Shown one piece after another: positions 39,415 through 51,955 of a stretch of 64,000 nucleotides of DNA. How positions within the stretch are numbered: the first letter of the stretch is position 1; each line of letters begins with the position of its first letter. The notes beneath the pieces were generated by a model. That model saw nothing but the letters and a program-made list of their open reading frames with translations. It ran no database searches and was not told where the DNA came from. This DNA comes from the human T2T-CHM13v2.0 reference genome, Homo sapiens. The position numbers and the translations under genes were made by a program. The stretch lies in NCBI RefSeq assembly GCF_009914755.1, contig NC_060926.1. One strand, given 5' to 3'.

Positions 39415-41450
39415 GACTGGATTAGCTGCCTGGGAGACAGAGTGTGTGAGACCCCAGACCTCAGACCCGTGTGTCAGCGAGAGCCAAGCTGGTGAAGAGA
39501 AGGGCAGCTCCCTCATGCAGGAGACCAGGAGAGGCTGGGTGTGTCTTCCTGTCCCTCCCCCAGACTGCAGAAAGGAGAGAGAGGAATGTGGCAGGCAGGC
39601 AGGAGAGAGGCCACCAAGAGGGCATGGGGTGATGGGTCACTGAGATACCCCCAGTGACCGCAAGGCAAGAAGAGCTCCAGGATGGCATTGGCTTTGAAGC
39701 TGCTCATTTGCTGCAGTGAATCCCCATCCATCTTTCTTTAATTTCCACCCCAACTATTTCAAAAGCTTCAGTAAAATATAGTGCCTGAATCAATATGTGA
39801 GCAAGTGGAAAATGATGCAAGGCTGAGCTTTATTTCTGGATGGATGTGATGAGGCTGAGATGGCACATGCAGAAGCAGTACCAGGAAGTGGAGTGTCTGT
39901 GGGGATGCATTCCCTACAGGGTTCCCCAGGTCCCTAGACATCCTAGGAAGGGCTTTGGAGGAATTCAAGGTCATTTTATTTAGATCCCTTCTGGGTTACA
40001 TGTGACACCTAAAGCCTGCACCAATAGCTGGCATATGTCTGTCTAATGACCATGTGAAGGTTCAGCCCAGGGCTAAATTCAGCTCTATACCTGAGATCCT
40101 ATTCACTACCTACCTAAAGAGCTCTTCTAGCATTTGTCAAGGAAGGAATACGTAAACACTTGCTTAGATGGGGAGCTTAGGAGTTTTGCAGCCTAAAATC
40201 AATGAAATAATCACCGAGGAAAATGACCGTGATAGAGTCATTACCATGCCCAACTCCCATCACACCCATCAGTTGCTTCGTTTGGGAGAATCTGCTCCAA
40301 GTGCCCATGTTATCTCATGCCCCCAGCTGCCTGCCTGACATCCCGCTCAGATAAAGGGATGTCTGGCTTATACATTCCACAACTAGGCCCTCTCCCCTTG
40401 ATCGCAAATGTCAAGTATCATGCCCCACACTGCTGCTTTCTGGGATCTACGGAGGGGAGTGGGAAGGAGCGTCATGAAAGCTTCTCCATAGAGCAAGTCA
40501 GCACCAACCCCGGAGGCCTCAGGTGAAGTAGGGACCAGGTGCACCTTTCCTGGTGTCTGAGGAACAGCAGGACCCATGAGCTGTCTCCTTGTGGACCACT
40601 CTGCCTCACCCTGCACTTCCTGCCTACCCTGTCCAGGCAACGCCTGCAGACTCAGAACAGCATTGGGAATGCAGCTGACCCAGAGGTTGGTCAAGGGCCT
40701 GGCACAACCAGTGAAGCCTTGACAGTTTCCCTGGCAGATGGGCAGCCTGACAAGTAAATTGAGCTGATCAACGCCAGGCCAGGACTCCCCCTCTCCCCCA
40801 GGTCTGAGATATGGCCATTCTTAGGCAACCCCCGATGACTTCCCTTTGTCTTTTTTTTTGTGTGTGTGTGAATCTTGAGGGCACAGAGATCAGTAGCCAT
40901 TTCAAAAACTAATACTCATGAGTTTTCCATAAAGTTAGGAGAGGGTAATGACATCTTCCACCCACTAGCTGAGCAAACACAAGAAGAGATAAGCTTAATT
41001 GCAATGACAAAGTTCAAGTGGCTTTCAAGAAAGAAAAAAAGAGACTCCCACTCTGTGGGCACAGCTTTGGAGTGTCCAAAGATTCTGGCCCTGCTCACTC
41101 CACACTAGACATCCCCTCTTCTCACATCCCTACTCAGACGGGCAGCGTGCAGGTGTGGGAAAGGAGGGGAGTCACCTCTTGGTGGCCAGGATATGACAGG
41201 TGTTCATTTTAGAACAAGCGCCTTTGACCTCAGTGCCTGCAATGCCAGCCTGCCCATTTCCTGGGTGTTTTGAACATAGGAGGTGGCCCGAGGAGCCCAT
41301 AATTCTGCTACAGGCAGGGCTGCAGAGGGAAAGGACTTGGGTTTGGGCCCAGCTCTTCTTTATACCTGATGTGGAGCCTTGGTGAGCCTCTACTTGCTTA
41401 TCTGTTAAATGGTCACAACATTTTTTGCCTTGTGAAATAATTGCGTAAAC

Positions 41451-42230
41451 GAATCACAACCACAATGAGATACTATCACACACCAGTCAGAATGGCTACT
41501 ATTAAAAGTCAAAAAATAACATGCTGGCAAGGTTGCAGAGAAAAGGAACATTTCAGACTACTGGTGAGAGTGTGAATTAATTCAGCCATTGTGGAAAGCA
41601 GTGTGGTGATTCCTCAAAGAACTTAAAACAGAATTACCATTTGACCCAGCAGTCCCACTACTGGGTATATGCCCAAAAGAATATAAATTGTTCTACCATA
41701 AGGACGCATGCATGAGTATGTTCATTGCAGCATTATTCACAATAGCAAAGACATGGAATCAACCTAATGCCCACCAACAGTAGACTGAATAAAGAAAGCG
41801 TGGTATACATACACCATGGAATATGATGCAGCCATAAAAAAGCATGAGATCATGTCCTTTGCAGCAACGTGGATGGAGCTAGAGGCCATTATCCTAAGCA
41901 AACGAACACAGGAACAGAAAATTAAATACTGTGTGTTCTCACTTATAAGTGGGAGCTAAACAATGAGAACACATGGATACTAGTAGGGGAACAACAGACA
42001 CTGGGGCGTAGTTGAGGGTGAGGGTGAGAGGAGGGAGAGGATCAGAAAAAATACCTATTGGGTCCTATGCTTACTACCTGGGTGATGAAATTATCTGTAA
42101 ACCAAACCCCTGTTACATGCAGTTTACCTAAATAACAAACCTGCACATGTACCCCTGCATCTAAAATAAAAGTTAAAATTTTTTTAAAAAACTTTAAGTG
42201 GTTATTGTAAAAATAAAAAAATTTAAAAAG
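41451..42230 (+). mobile_element. 5'-truncated L1 (older L1PA), 3' end
   Basis: End of ORF2 plus 3'UTR (ttctcacttataagtgggagctaaac...aaacctgcacatgtacccc...aaaataaaagtt). TSD aattg(c/t)gtaaac at ~41439-41450 and ~42231-42242. Confidence 0.88.
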
Positions 42231-45200
42231 AATTGTGTAAACTGTCAAGTCCTTCAGAAATGTGACACTCATATGACAGGGGATCGGAGCACTTTGCATT
42301 TGCATCTGTCAGATGTCCCAGAGGTATGACCAGCGAGGACCAATTTTTCAATCTCCTGGCTTGGGGACGAGCTTCCTTCCCATCTCTCTGGGCCAGTGGG
42401 TAGTGCCTCCATTCCCCGGTTTCCTGAAGGTGCAGCTGTGTCTTGTGCAGTGCTGAGGCTTCATCTCCTGCTCCAGATGGCAAAACCCAAGCTCCTGGCC
42501 ATCTGAGTAATTTTCAATTCTGGCAACCACCTCAGGTGCCCCAGACTCAGCTCACTGCTTACTGCTCTGACTTTTAATTCCTTCTGTGTTCCTAGCATCT
42601 GGGATTTTCCTTTTTTCTTGTGACCTCAGCTGAAAAATTATTATGCTTCAACCTGGACACTCTAGCCATGCTGCGGGAAGAGTTTGCATCAGCTTCATTG
42701 GCCATGTCATTGGTCCTGAAAGTCTTGTGTTTTTACTATGTGCTGTTTTCAATCCTTTTGGTAGAATTTCAGGATGTGCAAACCGCAACAAAAAACTATT
42801 TAAGGATATTTCTAAGACTTATTTTATATACACCAATTTTGTTTCTTCAATCATGGTAAGTTCTTTAAAGAATTCCCCTGTAACAGCTGTACAGTATTTG
42901 GAATGAGACCTGCTCTAAGGAACCATTCAATATCCTTAGCATTTTTAGAGGCTTCCCTGCTAAAAGAACCCATGGGGAGGAGCAAAAATAAAAATATGCT
43001 AAACAAAAATTGTGGGTGGTGGTTTGCACTGTCGAATTATACTACACAGAAAAGTGTATTGAATGAACAATCTTTTCCTTTACATGATAACTTGTTAGGA
43101 ATGTCCTTGTTGTATGACATGAGGCCTTCCCATGATTTACCTTAGGACTCCCACCAAGCTCTCCTTTACATGGTAGAGGGTAGAGCCCGTGGATGGCGTG
43201 GCAGGCAGTGGCAATCATGTGTCAGCTGATGTAATCAAGACAGAACCCAAAACTTACCTGCAAGCCTGGTTCATTAGGTTCCTATTTTGGCTGTAAGAGC
43301 TAATACTGTTTATTTGTCCCATGTCCCTTGTCCCTGAGGGTTGAATGTCCAGTTGGTGGTTTAATGTCAGCCTGACACTTTAAAGAGAAATATCTCCCAA
43401 GCAATCCTGGACCAATTTATCACCCCAGTCCTGCAACCCTGCAACCTCTCTGCTTTAAAGCCATGGGTAATCAACCCTTCAGAGCCACGGCGGCACTGCC
43501 CTGGCCTCCTTCAAAACTCAGAGCTTTGGTTCCTCTCCATGAAGCCCTCCTGAGGTCTCTGCCTTCTCTGCACCCCTAGACCAACATCCCCAAAGCAATT
43601 TCTATTCTATTCTAATACACTAATAATGATAACAGCTTTCATTAATTTAACACTTGGTGCTTTCTCTGTACTATCTCATTGAATTCTCAAAATAATACTT
43701 TAAGACAAGCAATATGTTCCCATTTTTCAGTTGAGAAAACTAAGGTATACAGAGGTCCATAACTGCCTCCATTTGCCCAGATTGGAAGTTGCCAAGTAGA
43801 AACACAAATCCAGCCTGCTGGACTCCAAAGCTTGTGTTTTTGACTTTTATTATTTCCATATTATAATTTTTAAAGATATAGCTTGTCTTCTCGCTTAAAA
43901 ATTCTTCTAGGCTGGAGCTTAGCACTACACTTTTCATGGAGTATATGACTAGAAAATGTTGACAGGACAATAGTCTAGCCACCACTGATTTCTTGAGTCA
44001 TTCATTGATGGGTTACTGTTGGTTCAGAAATGTCTTTTTATTCCAGAACAAAGAGCCTCACAGTCCATGTGCATGAAGAGAGATCTCAAGAAATTAAAGA
44101 TCCTGGGGTGGCTGCTGGACTCTTGTGTTTATCAGAGGTTCAGTGTAAAGCATATATACTGAATCCCAATTCTTCAAAGCAAGGATTTACAGTTCTTCCA
44201 ATACTGTATTTACTGGAATTACCCCATCTGGGTCATGCTGTAATTATGTATCTTGTGTTTCATCATAATCACAAGCATCATCCTATTCCCTCCCCTTGGG
44301 TTTCCTTCTTCAACTTCAGATCCTGCTGAAGCCACAAGACATCAGATGACTTATCCACTGCTTAATTATTCACTCATCAAGCATCCTCTGACCTATTATG
44401 TGAGATTTGTGCGGGGCTAACATTTTGAATGTATGAAAAACTTGCTATCTAGTAGGAAACATAAAGGGAGTTAAAGCTGCCTTTTGAGTAGGATGAAGTT
44501 TGAATAAAACTTCAAAATCTAGATAATATTTGAATTAAGAGCAAGAAGAAATTTTCTGGTCAGGGAAGAAGTCAAGATGCTTTCATGGAGAAAGAGCGAA
44601 GCATGCAAAAGCACAAAAATTGCGGCAGAAGCAAGGCCTTGATTCAGGACAGGACAGAGAGGAGCATGGGAGAGTCTGAGTGGGGAGATGGATGTGGGCG
44701 CTGGAGAGGGGACCACACTAGCTAGTGAGAGGGAGGTGGACTGGACCATGCTTTCCCAGAGTGGGCATATATCAGCAATTGAGATGGTTTTAGATGGTAC
44801 GTGGATGAATATTTTTAATATTAATAATTAAGCATTTAGTCCAATATGTGTTAGAAGAATATAGACCAACTTATGATCTCATGGATATTATTGCTTAGAA
44901 TATGGTCAAGCATTTTTAGGGAATCATTGAGAGAAAAATAGTGCATAAAATAGTACAAGAGCGTTATCAGTCAGAGTCCAATATGGAAGGCAGATATTAA
45001 CCTAGGCATTTCAAATGAGGGAATTTAATACATGAGATTGGTTACCTGGAGTGGAAAGAGCTGGGAGAGCAGAGGAAGAAGGATTCAAAGCTGCTAATGC
45101 CTGGGCTGGAACCCAAGTATCTACAACTGCTTCTACAGTGTCTTCAGTTCTGGATTCAATAAAGTGGCGTCACCTCCACCAGGGTTTGAACCATGAAAAA

Positions 45201-48200
45201 GGTGCTTCCTCTGCTCGGGCTGCTGGGAGCTAGACCCACTGCATGGCTGCAGCCACAATAGCAACCACTAGAATTTCCAGCAAAGCTGCAGAAGGAAGAT
45301 TGTCTCTTACTTCTGACTTCTAATTCCCACTGAGCAGGTGATTGGCATATTCTAGTCCTAGCAGAGACACAGCTAGCAAAGAAGTCTGGAAAATACAATG
45401 TGTAGACACCATGATCCCCAAATACAGAATAGAGTGATGAAGTGAGGGTTAGGAGCTGAGACATGCAGGTAAACAACTGGCACAAGGACACACAAAGATA
45501 AGACAAAAACTAAAATAGTGAATCTGATATGCTAGTGACAAAATTTTGGATTTGCTGCGGTAGGTAATGAAAAGTCAGCAAAAGTTCTCACGCAGAAGAG
45601 TGACATGGCCAGATCTGTGATTTTTGAAGATTACTTCCAAGGCAGCAGGAAAGATGGGATGGGGGGAGACCTGGAGGTACAGAAATGGGTTAGGAAACTC
45701 TGGCAAAAGTTATGGCAAGAGAGGATGAGGACCTGAATTTGGGAGTAGGCAGGAGGGTATGAATTGGAGGGACATTCTGTAACTGTAACAGAGAGCATTT
45801 GGGGGTCCATCATAGGTGGGCATGAGGGAAGAGCAGAAGCTGAAGATACCCCTGGAAGCCCACCTTGGGTGACCATGGGCATGTTAATGGCACCCACTAA
45901 GGAGAGCAATGTAGGGAGAAAAGTCATCCTTGCCCCTCCTTTTGCCCCCTTCTCCTAGCTAGAAGCATTTCTCTTCACTCTGAACTGTCCTGCTCTAGAT
46001 CACTGGGCCTCTTATTTTTTAGACCACTGTATCTTACAACCTCACCTAGGTTATGCCTTCCTTTCCTCTGGACACTAAGGTGCTCGGTGGCAGGGTACAG
46101 GGATTCATTTTGTCTCCCCTACTGGTCTTTCCTGGTCCTTGGCACAGACAGGCTCAATACATGTCTGGTGAATTAAGCAATGGCTGTAATATTGGGACAA
46201 TGGCCATTTGTGTGTTTGCACACTACGCCTCCCCCTCTCCTCCAGTTCCAGTAGATCGTCTGTCCATTGCCACGTGTCCTTAAAGTTCTGAGAGCAAAAC
46301 CCAACATCTGTGTTGACAGCTCAACAGAAATAGCTAAAGCCAGATGAAAGTTGTTTAGCAGAATTCATTCAGGCTGCTGATCCCTGCACCAGGCTCCCCT
46401 TACCCAATGGGATTTCCTGGTTTCTGAAGCTCAGGACAAAATATACACAGTATGGGCTCAGTAAAAATTTATTAAGCTACAGTGAATCAGTCTCTGCTTG
46501 AAAATGTAGCATCTTCTCATTTAAACAATTGCTTGAAGGGTCTGTGACCTGGAATAACCAAGAAGTTTGAACTTATTTGGATTCATGAAGAAATAGGTTG
46601 GGGGGCAGATAACCAAAATATCTATCACGTTTTTTCACTTGTTTTTTAGAGACGGGGTCTTGCTCTGTTATCCAGGCTGGCTGGTAGCAGTTTTGATTAC
46701 AGATCAATTACCTAGATTATAGACCATCTGTGATTTGAATGGCTACCGTGTAGCCATTACCAAGGATGAATGAGTTCTGTTGGTAATGACTTGGAAATAT
46801 TTTCCAAAAATGTACTGTTAAGGTAACAAAAGGTAGTTACAGAAAAATATGTAGAATGATTTTATTTCAGTTAACAACCCAGTAACCAAAATTACGTATG
46901 CCATACACCCATACACATCCACAAAGTCCGGAAGGGCACATCCCAGACTGTGAATAGTGGTTACCTCTGAAGAGAGCAGTGGGAAGGGAAGGGGAATATA
47001 AAGATACTTTTTACTTGTTTTATTTGATTTTTTCACAATATCTTCACATATTTCTTATATGATTACTTTTTTTTTTAATGAGGCAGTCATTGCTTTGTGA
47101 GAAATATTCAGTCCACTCTCTCCCTCTTCCTGAGAAGGATGAGTGCTAGTTCCCAACTGTAGAGATGAGAAAAGCCGCTGCCCAGCCTCCTTCCAGACCT
47201 GGACCACAGTCGCTTGTCTCACTAGGACTCAGAGGTGCACTGCTGTAGAGTCACCGCATTCCTCCAGCCGGTCCTTGGCTGTTACAGCCACACACACAGC
47301 TAATACTTGCTGAATGCTCACTGCTATTAGGCACACTATATTAATTTTCCCATTTACAGTACATTATAATTCATTTTAGAGATAAGCACTCTGGGGCACA
47401 GAGAAGTAAGGGAACTTAGCCAAGTTCTCTCAGGGCAGAAACAGAGGAGCCAGGATTCAAACCCACAGAGTCCAGCTCCAGAGCATGGACCCATCCCTAC
47501 CAGTCACATTGATGCAAGATGAGAAGTCAGACTCCATCTGATTTCCCAGGTGGATTATGATCCATGGGGATCCACACTCACCAAACTCATAGGAAACTTG
47601 TATGGAGACCAGGCCAGATGGATCCATTCATGTCAAAGCTGCTCCGATCTTCTTCTCTTTATTAGTACTAGACCTAGGAGTGATCCCAGTTAGAAGAAAC
47701 CACTGTAAATCCTTCATCAGGATGCTTCCCATAAATGTGCCAAACATTTGGGACTGCCTCACATAAATGGTACCTCACCAAATGCTCCGTATAGTTTTTG
47801 ATCTGCCAAGATCTCAGAGTGGAAGATTTCATAACTGAGCTTTCCTGCAGCATGGCCAATAGGCACAGAGGTACCGAAGGCTCCATTCGGTCGGAGGTTG
47901 AAGGGAAAATCTTGAGGTGCCCTGAATTATTATCTCTCCCTTTGTGCCTCAAACTCTGGTTGAACTATTAAATTTAAAACATTAGAAAATTTGATTAAGA
48001 AGCAAAGTTTTCAGAAAGCACAAAAAGCAAATTTTCTACTGCTTACTTTCAGTCTATTGATCTATTACTAGGAGGATTTCAACTTTTAGGAAATATTAAT
48101 CATAATATTAAGTCAAGGGTACAATGAGAAAATTGGACAGGGAGGTTTGGGTTTGTAATGACATTTCTTTTTCTATTTTCTTCTGCTTATTACTTGTGTA

Positions 48201-50377
48201 AGTTTCTTGAGGGCAGGGACTGTTTTTATTTGTATCTCTGGAGCTTGGCAAAGTTGCTGAGATTAGAAGGCACTGAGAATGTGCTTATTGAATGCCTGAG
48301 TGCACGGATAAGAATAAAACAAATGTCTCCAGTTTCATCTACAAGTGCTTCTTGGCAGGATCTTTGATTACACATAAAAACAAATGCCTTGCACAGAGTG
48401 AAGATGAGAGAATAATTAGAGGTCTACGAGATAGAGCCAAGACTCTATTTAGCAATATTCTTATAAGCATCTCATAGAAACTCTAAAGCCCACTGCCCTA
48501 GATGGGAAGTGGCCCCAGGGAAATTGCCTGGGAAGTACAAGATTGCATGATGCAGGCAGAGCTCACAAAATGCACATTGTCCATTGAGAGTGGGAGTGAG
48601 ACAGATCACCCCATCTGCTGATAGGTGTGTGTATGTGGGACGGGTTAAATCACAGGTTCAACTTTGACCCCAAATTCCTCTTTGACCAAAGCTTTTGACA
48701 GTTAGGTTAAATTTCAACTAATATTATTTGACTACACTGCTCCCTTATAACTTATGGGACTGGAAGCTGTCAGCCTTCTTTGGATGTTTTTACTGAAAGT
48801 AGCTCTGATGGGAATCGTTTTCCAAAGTCAGTGCAAAGTGAAACCCTAGTGTTTTGGGAAGGGGCAGGATTAGCCATGATAATTAGGATTCAAACCTTTA
48901 TTTACAGAGATATGTGGGATAAATGGGACCATTCAGGGGTTTCAAACCATTCACTTGACTCCTTTTCCAAATAAGCCAAAGTGGACAAACTCCTGACCCT
49001 GGTTTTTGTATATATTTTTGGTTAATATCAATTGAAAGACTGATTCAAGAGACTTCGAATTCCCGAAGACTATAATAAAATGATGAAACCTTATCCTACG
49101 TAGCACAGCTCACCAAGACTTACTCATGTCCAACTACCTATTTGGTAGACACAATGTATACATTGACTTCCATTTTACCAGAAAGAAAACTGAGACTCAG
49201 AGAGGAAAGTGTCTTGCCTGAGGCCACACAGCCGGGAAACAGCAGAGAAGGCAGGTCTTCTGAGAATAATCCTGAACGGTCTCCACTACGTTGGAGATGC
49301 CTCCCTTTCATATCTTTATCCTAAATGCAAGGCAACTACTAACCCAGGAATGTTTCTGCACATATCTATTAATGCAGCAGACACTTTGGTTGCTTCCTAG
49401 CATCCAACCCTACCCATCGTCCTTGCTAACAAAACACAATCTTTTTCATATACCAGCAGTGTATGAGGGCTCTAATTTTTCCATGTTTGCCAACTGCTGT
49501 TACAACTCCATCTTTAGTATAGCCATTCTAGTGGGTATAAAGTGGTATTGCATTGTAGTTTTAATTTATATTTCTCCCATGACTAATGATCTTGAGCATT
49601 TATTGGCCAATTATATATCTCCTTTGGGGAAAAGTCTATTGAAATTCTTTGCCCATTTTAAAGCTAGGTTATTTGTCTTTTAGTTGTTGAGTTGCAAGAG
49701 ATCGTTATATATTCTAGACACAAGTTCCTTATCAGATATACAATTCGCAAATATTCACTCTCATTTTGTGAGTTGTAATGGTGTCCTTTGAAGCAAAAAA
49801 AAAAAGCTTTTAATTTGGATTAAATTTAATTCATCATTTTTCTTTTATTATTTGTGCTTTTGATGTTGTATCTAGAAACCATTGCCTAAACCTATAGACC
49901 ATAAACTTTTAAAGTGTTCATTGATAACAGTCAGGTTGAAATCTATCGTCTTGCTATTTGTTTACTATTTGTCCCATTTAATGTATTCTTTATTTCTTTT
50001 CTCTGTCTTCTTTTGGTTTACTAGATATGAAATATTTATTATTTTTGTGATTCCTTTAGGGTTTAAAGTACACATCTTAACTTATCACATGCTATCTTTA
50101 AGTGATAATATGTCTTTTCAGATATAGTACAAGAACCTTACAGTAGTTTTCTTTCCTTTCTTTCTTCTTTCTCTTTCTTTCTCTCTTTCTCTTTCTTTCT
50201 TTCTCTCTCTCTTTCTTTCTACCTTACAGTAGTTTTCTTCCCCTTCCTCCCTCCTCCCTCTTTTCTTTCTTCCTTCTTTCTTCTTTCTTTCTTTTTCTTT
50301 CTTTCTTTCTCTTTTTCTTTCTTTCTTTTTCTTTCTTTCCTTCTTTTTCTTTCCTCTCTTTCTCTCTTTCTTTCTTT

Positions 50378-50658
50378 CTGAAGGAGTCTTGCTCTGTCAC
50401 CCAGGCTGGAGATCAGCAGCATGATATTGGCTCACTGCAGCCTCTGCCTCCCTGGTTCAAGTGATTCTCCCACCTCAGCCTCCTGAGTAGCTGGGATTAC
50501 AGACACCTGCCATCATGCCCAGCTAATTTTTGTATTTTTAGTAGAGACAGGGCTTTACCATGTTGGCCAGGCTGGTCTCAAACTCCCAACCAAAGGTGAT
50601 CCACCTGCCTTGGCCTCCCAAAGTGCTGGGATTACAGGCGTGAGCCACCGCGTCCAGC
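50378..50658 (-). mobile_element. AluSx-like with a long (CTTT)n tail (50148-50377)
   Basis: Reverse Alu. The flanking motif ccttacagtagt occurs at 50136, 50222 and 50659. Confidence 0.9.
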
Positions 50659-51662
50659 CCTTACAGTAGTAGACTTTAATTTCTTCCCGCTAGAATTTTG
50701 TGCTACTGTTATCATCCATCTTACCTTTATGTATGTTATAAACTTCAGACTACATTGTTATTATTTAGGTTTAAATGACTATCTTTTAAAGAGATGTAAA
50801 TAATAATTAAAATTTCATCACATAGTTACCATTTCCTTTGGTATTCATTCATTTTGTGTATCCAGACTTCCATTTGGTATCATTTTCTTTCTTCCTATAA
50901 GACTTTAATATTTCTTGTAGTGTGGGTCTGGTGGTTATAAATTCTTTCAGCTTGTTTGTCTGAAACAGTCTTTATTTTGCCTCCATTTGTGAAAGGTAGT
51001 TCTACTGATACAGAATTCTGGGTTGACAGAGTTTTTTTTCATTCACTGCTTTAAAGATGTTGCTTCACTCTGTGCTTGTGTTGTTTTCTATGAGAAGTCT
51101 TCTATAATTTTTATCTTTATTCTTCTAGGTAACATGCCTTTTCTTTTGGCTGTGTTAAATATTTTTCTCTTTATCATTGATTTTTGAACAATTTGATTAT
51201 GATGAGCTGTGGTATAGTTTTTTCATGTTTCTTGTGCTTGGGGTTTGTTGAGCTCCTTGGATCTACATGTTAAAGGCTTTGGTTATTATTTCTTCAAATA
51301 TTTTTCCCATACCTCTTTCTCTCTCCTCTCCTTTGGGGGCTCCAATCAGACTTCTATTAGCCTACTTGAAGTCTTATAGCTCACTGCCTCATAGCTTAGT
51401 AGAGAAGGCAGGAAAGCGAGTTGGCTCTTCCAAGTGCAATGTATCATATGCGGAACAAGAGAAATGTCCAAGGGGCTATAGGCACAGAGATAAAGGGCAC
51501 ATGACTTGCCTGAAGGAAAGCTGGTGGGATAAGTCAGAGGAAACTTCACAGAGACAGCTCTGTTTATTTTTAAAATTCTATTTGTCTCTGTGTTTGTCAT
51601 TTGGTATAGTATTTACTGCTGTGTCCTCAAGTTCACTAATCTTTTCTTTTATAATGTCTAAC

Positions 51663-51955
51663 TTTTTTTTTTTGAGACAGGTCTTGCTCTGTCGCCCAGA
51701 CTGGAGTGCAGTGGTGCAATCATAGCTCACTGCAGCCTTGAATTCCTGGGCTCCAGTGATCCTCCCACCTCAGCCTCCTGAGTAGCTGAGACTACAAATG
51801 TGTGCCACCACACCTGGCTAATTTTTAAATTTTTTTGTAGAGACGGGGTCTTGCGATGTTGTCCAGGCTGGTTTTGAACTCCTGGCCTCAAGCAATTCTC
51901 CTGCCTTGGCCTCCCAAAGTGCTGGAATTACAGGCATGAGCTACCATGCTTGGTT
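51663..51955 (-). mobile_element. AluJ
   Basis: caatcatagctcactgcagccttgaattcctgggctc is J-type sequence. Confidence 0.88.

Noticed and set aside
43258-43290. 33-nt - strand exon-like unit (tcttacag|...GCAG|gtaagt) as an upstream FABP1 exon
   Set aside because: Short polypyrimidine tract, and FABP1 already has a complete TATA promoter at exon 1. Likely a chance pseudo-exon.
47674-47952. 92-aa - strand ORF and a protein-like alternative frame (APQDFPFNLRPNGAFG...)
   Set aside because: No recognisable family, a weak acceptor and no partner exons I can link. Cannot be supported without a homology search.
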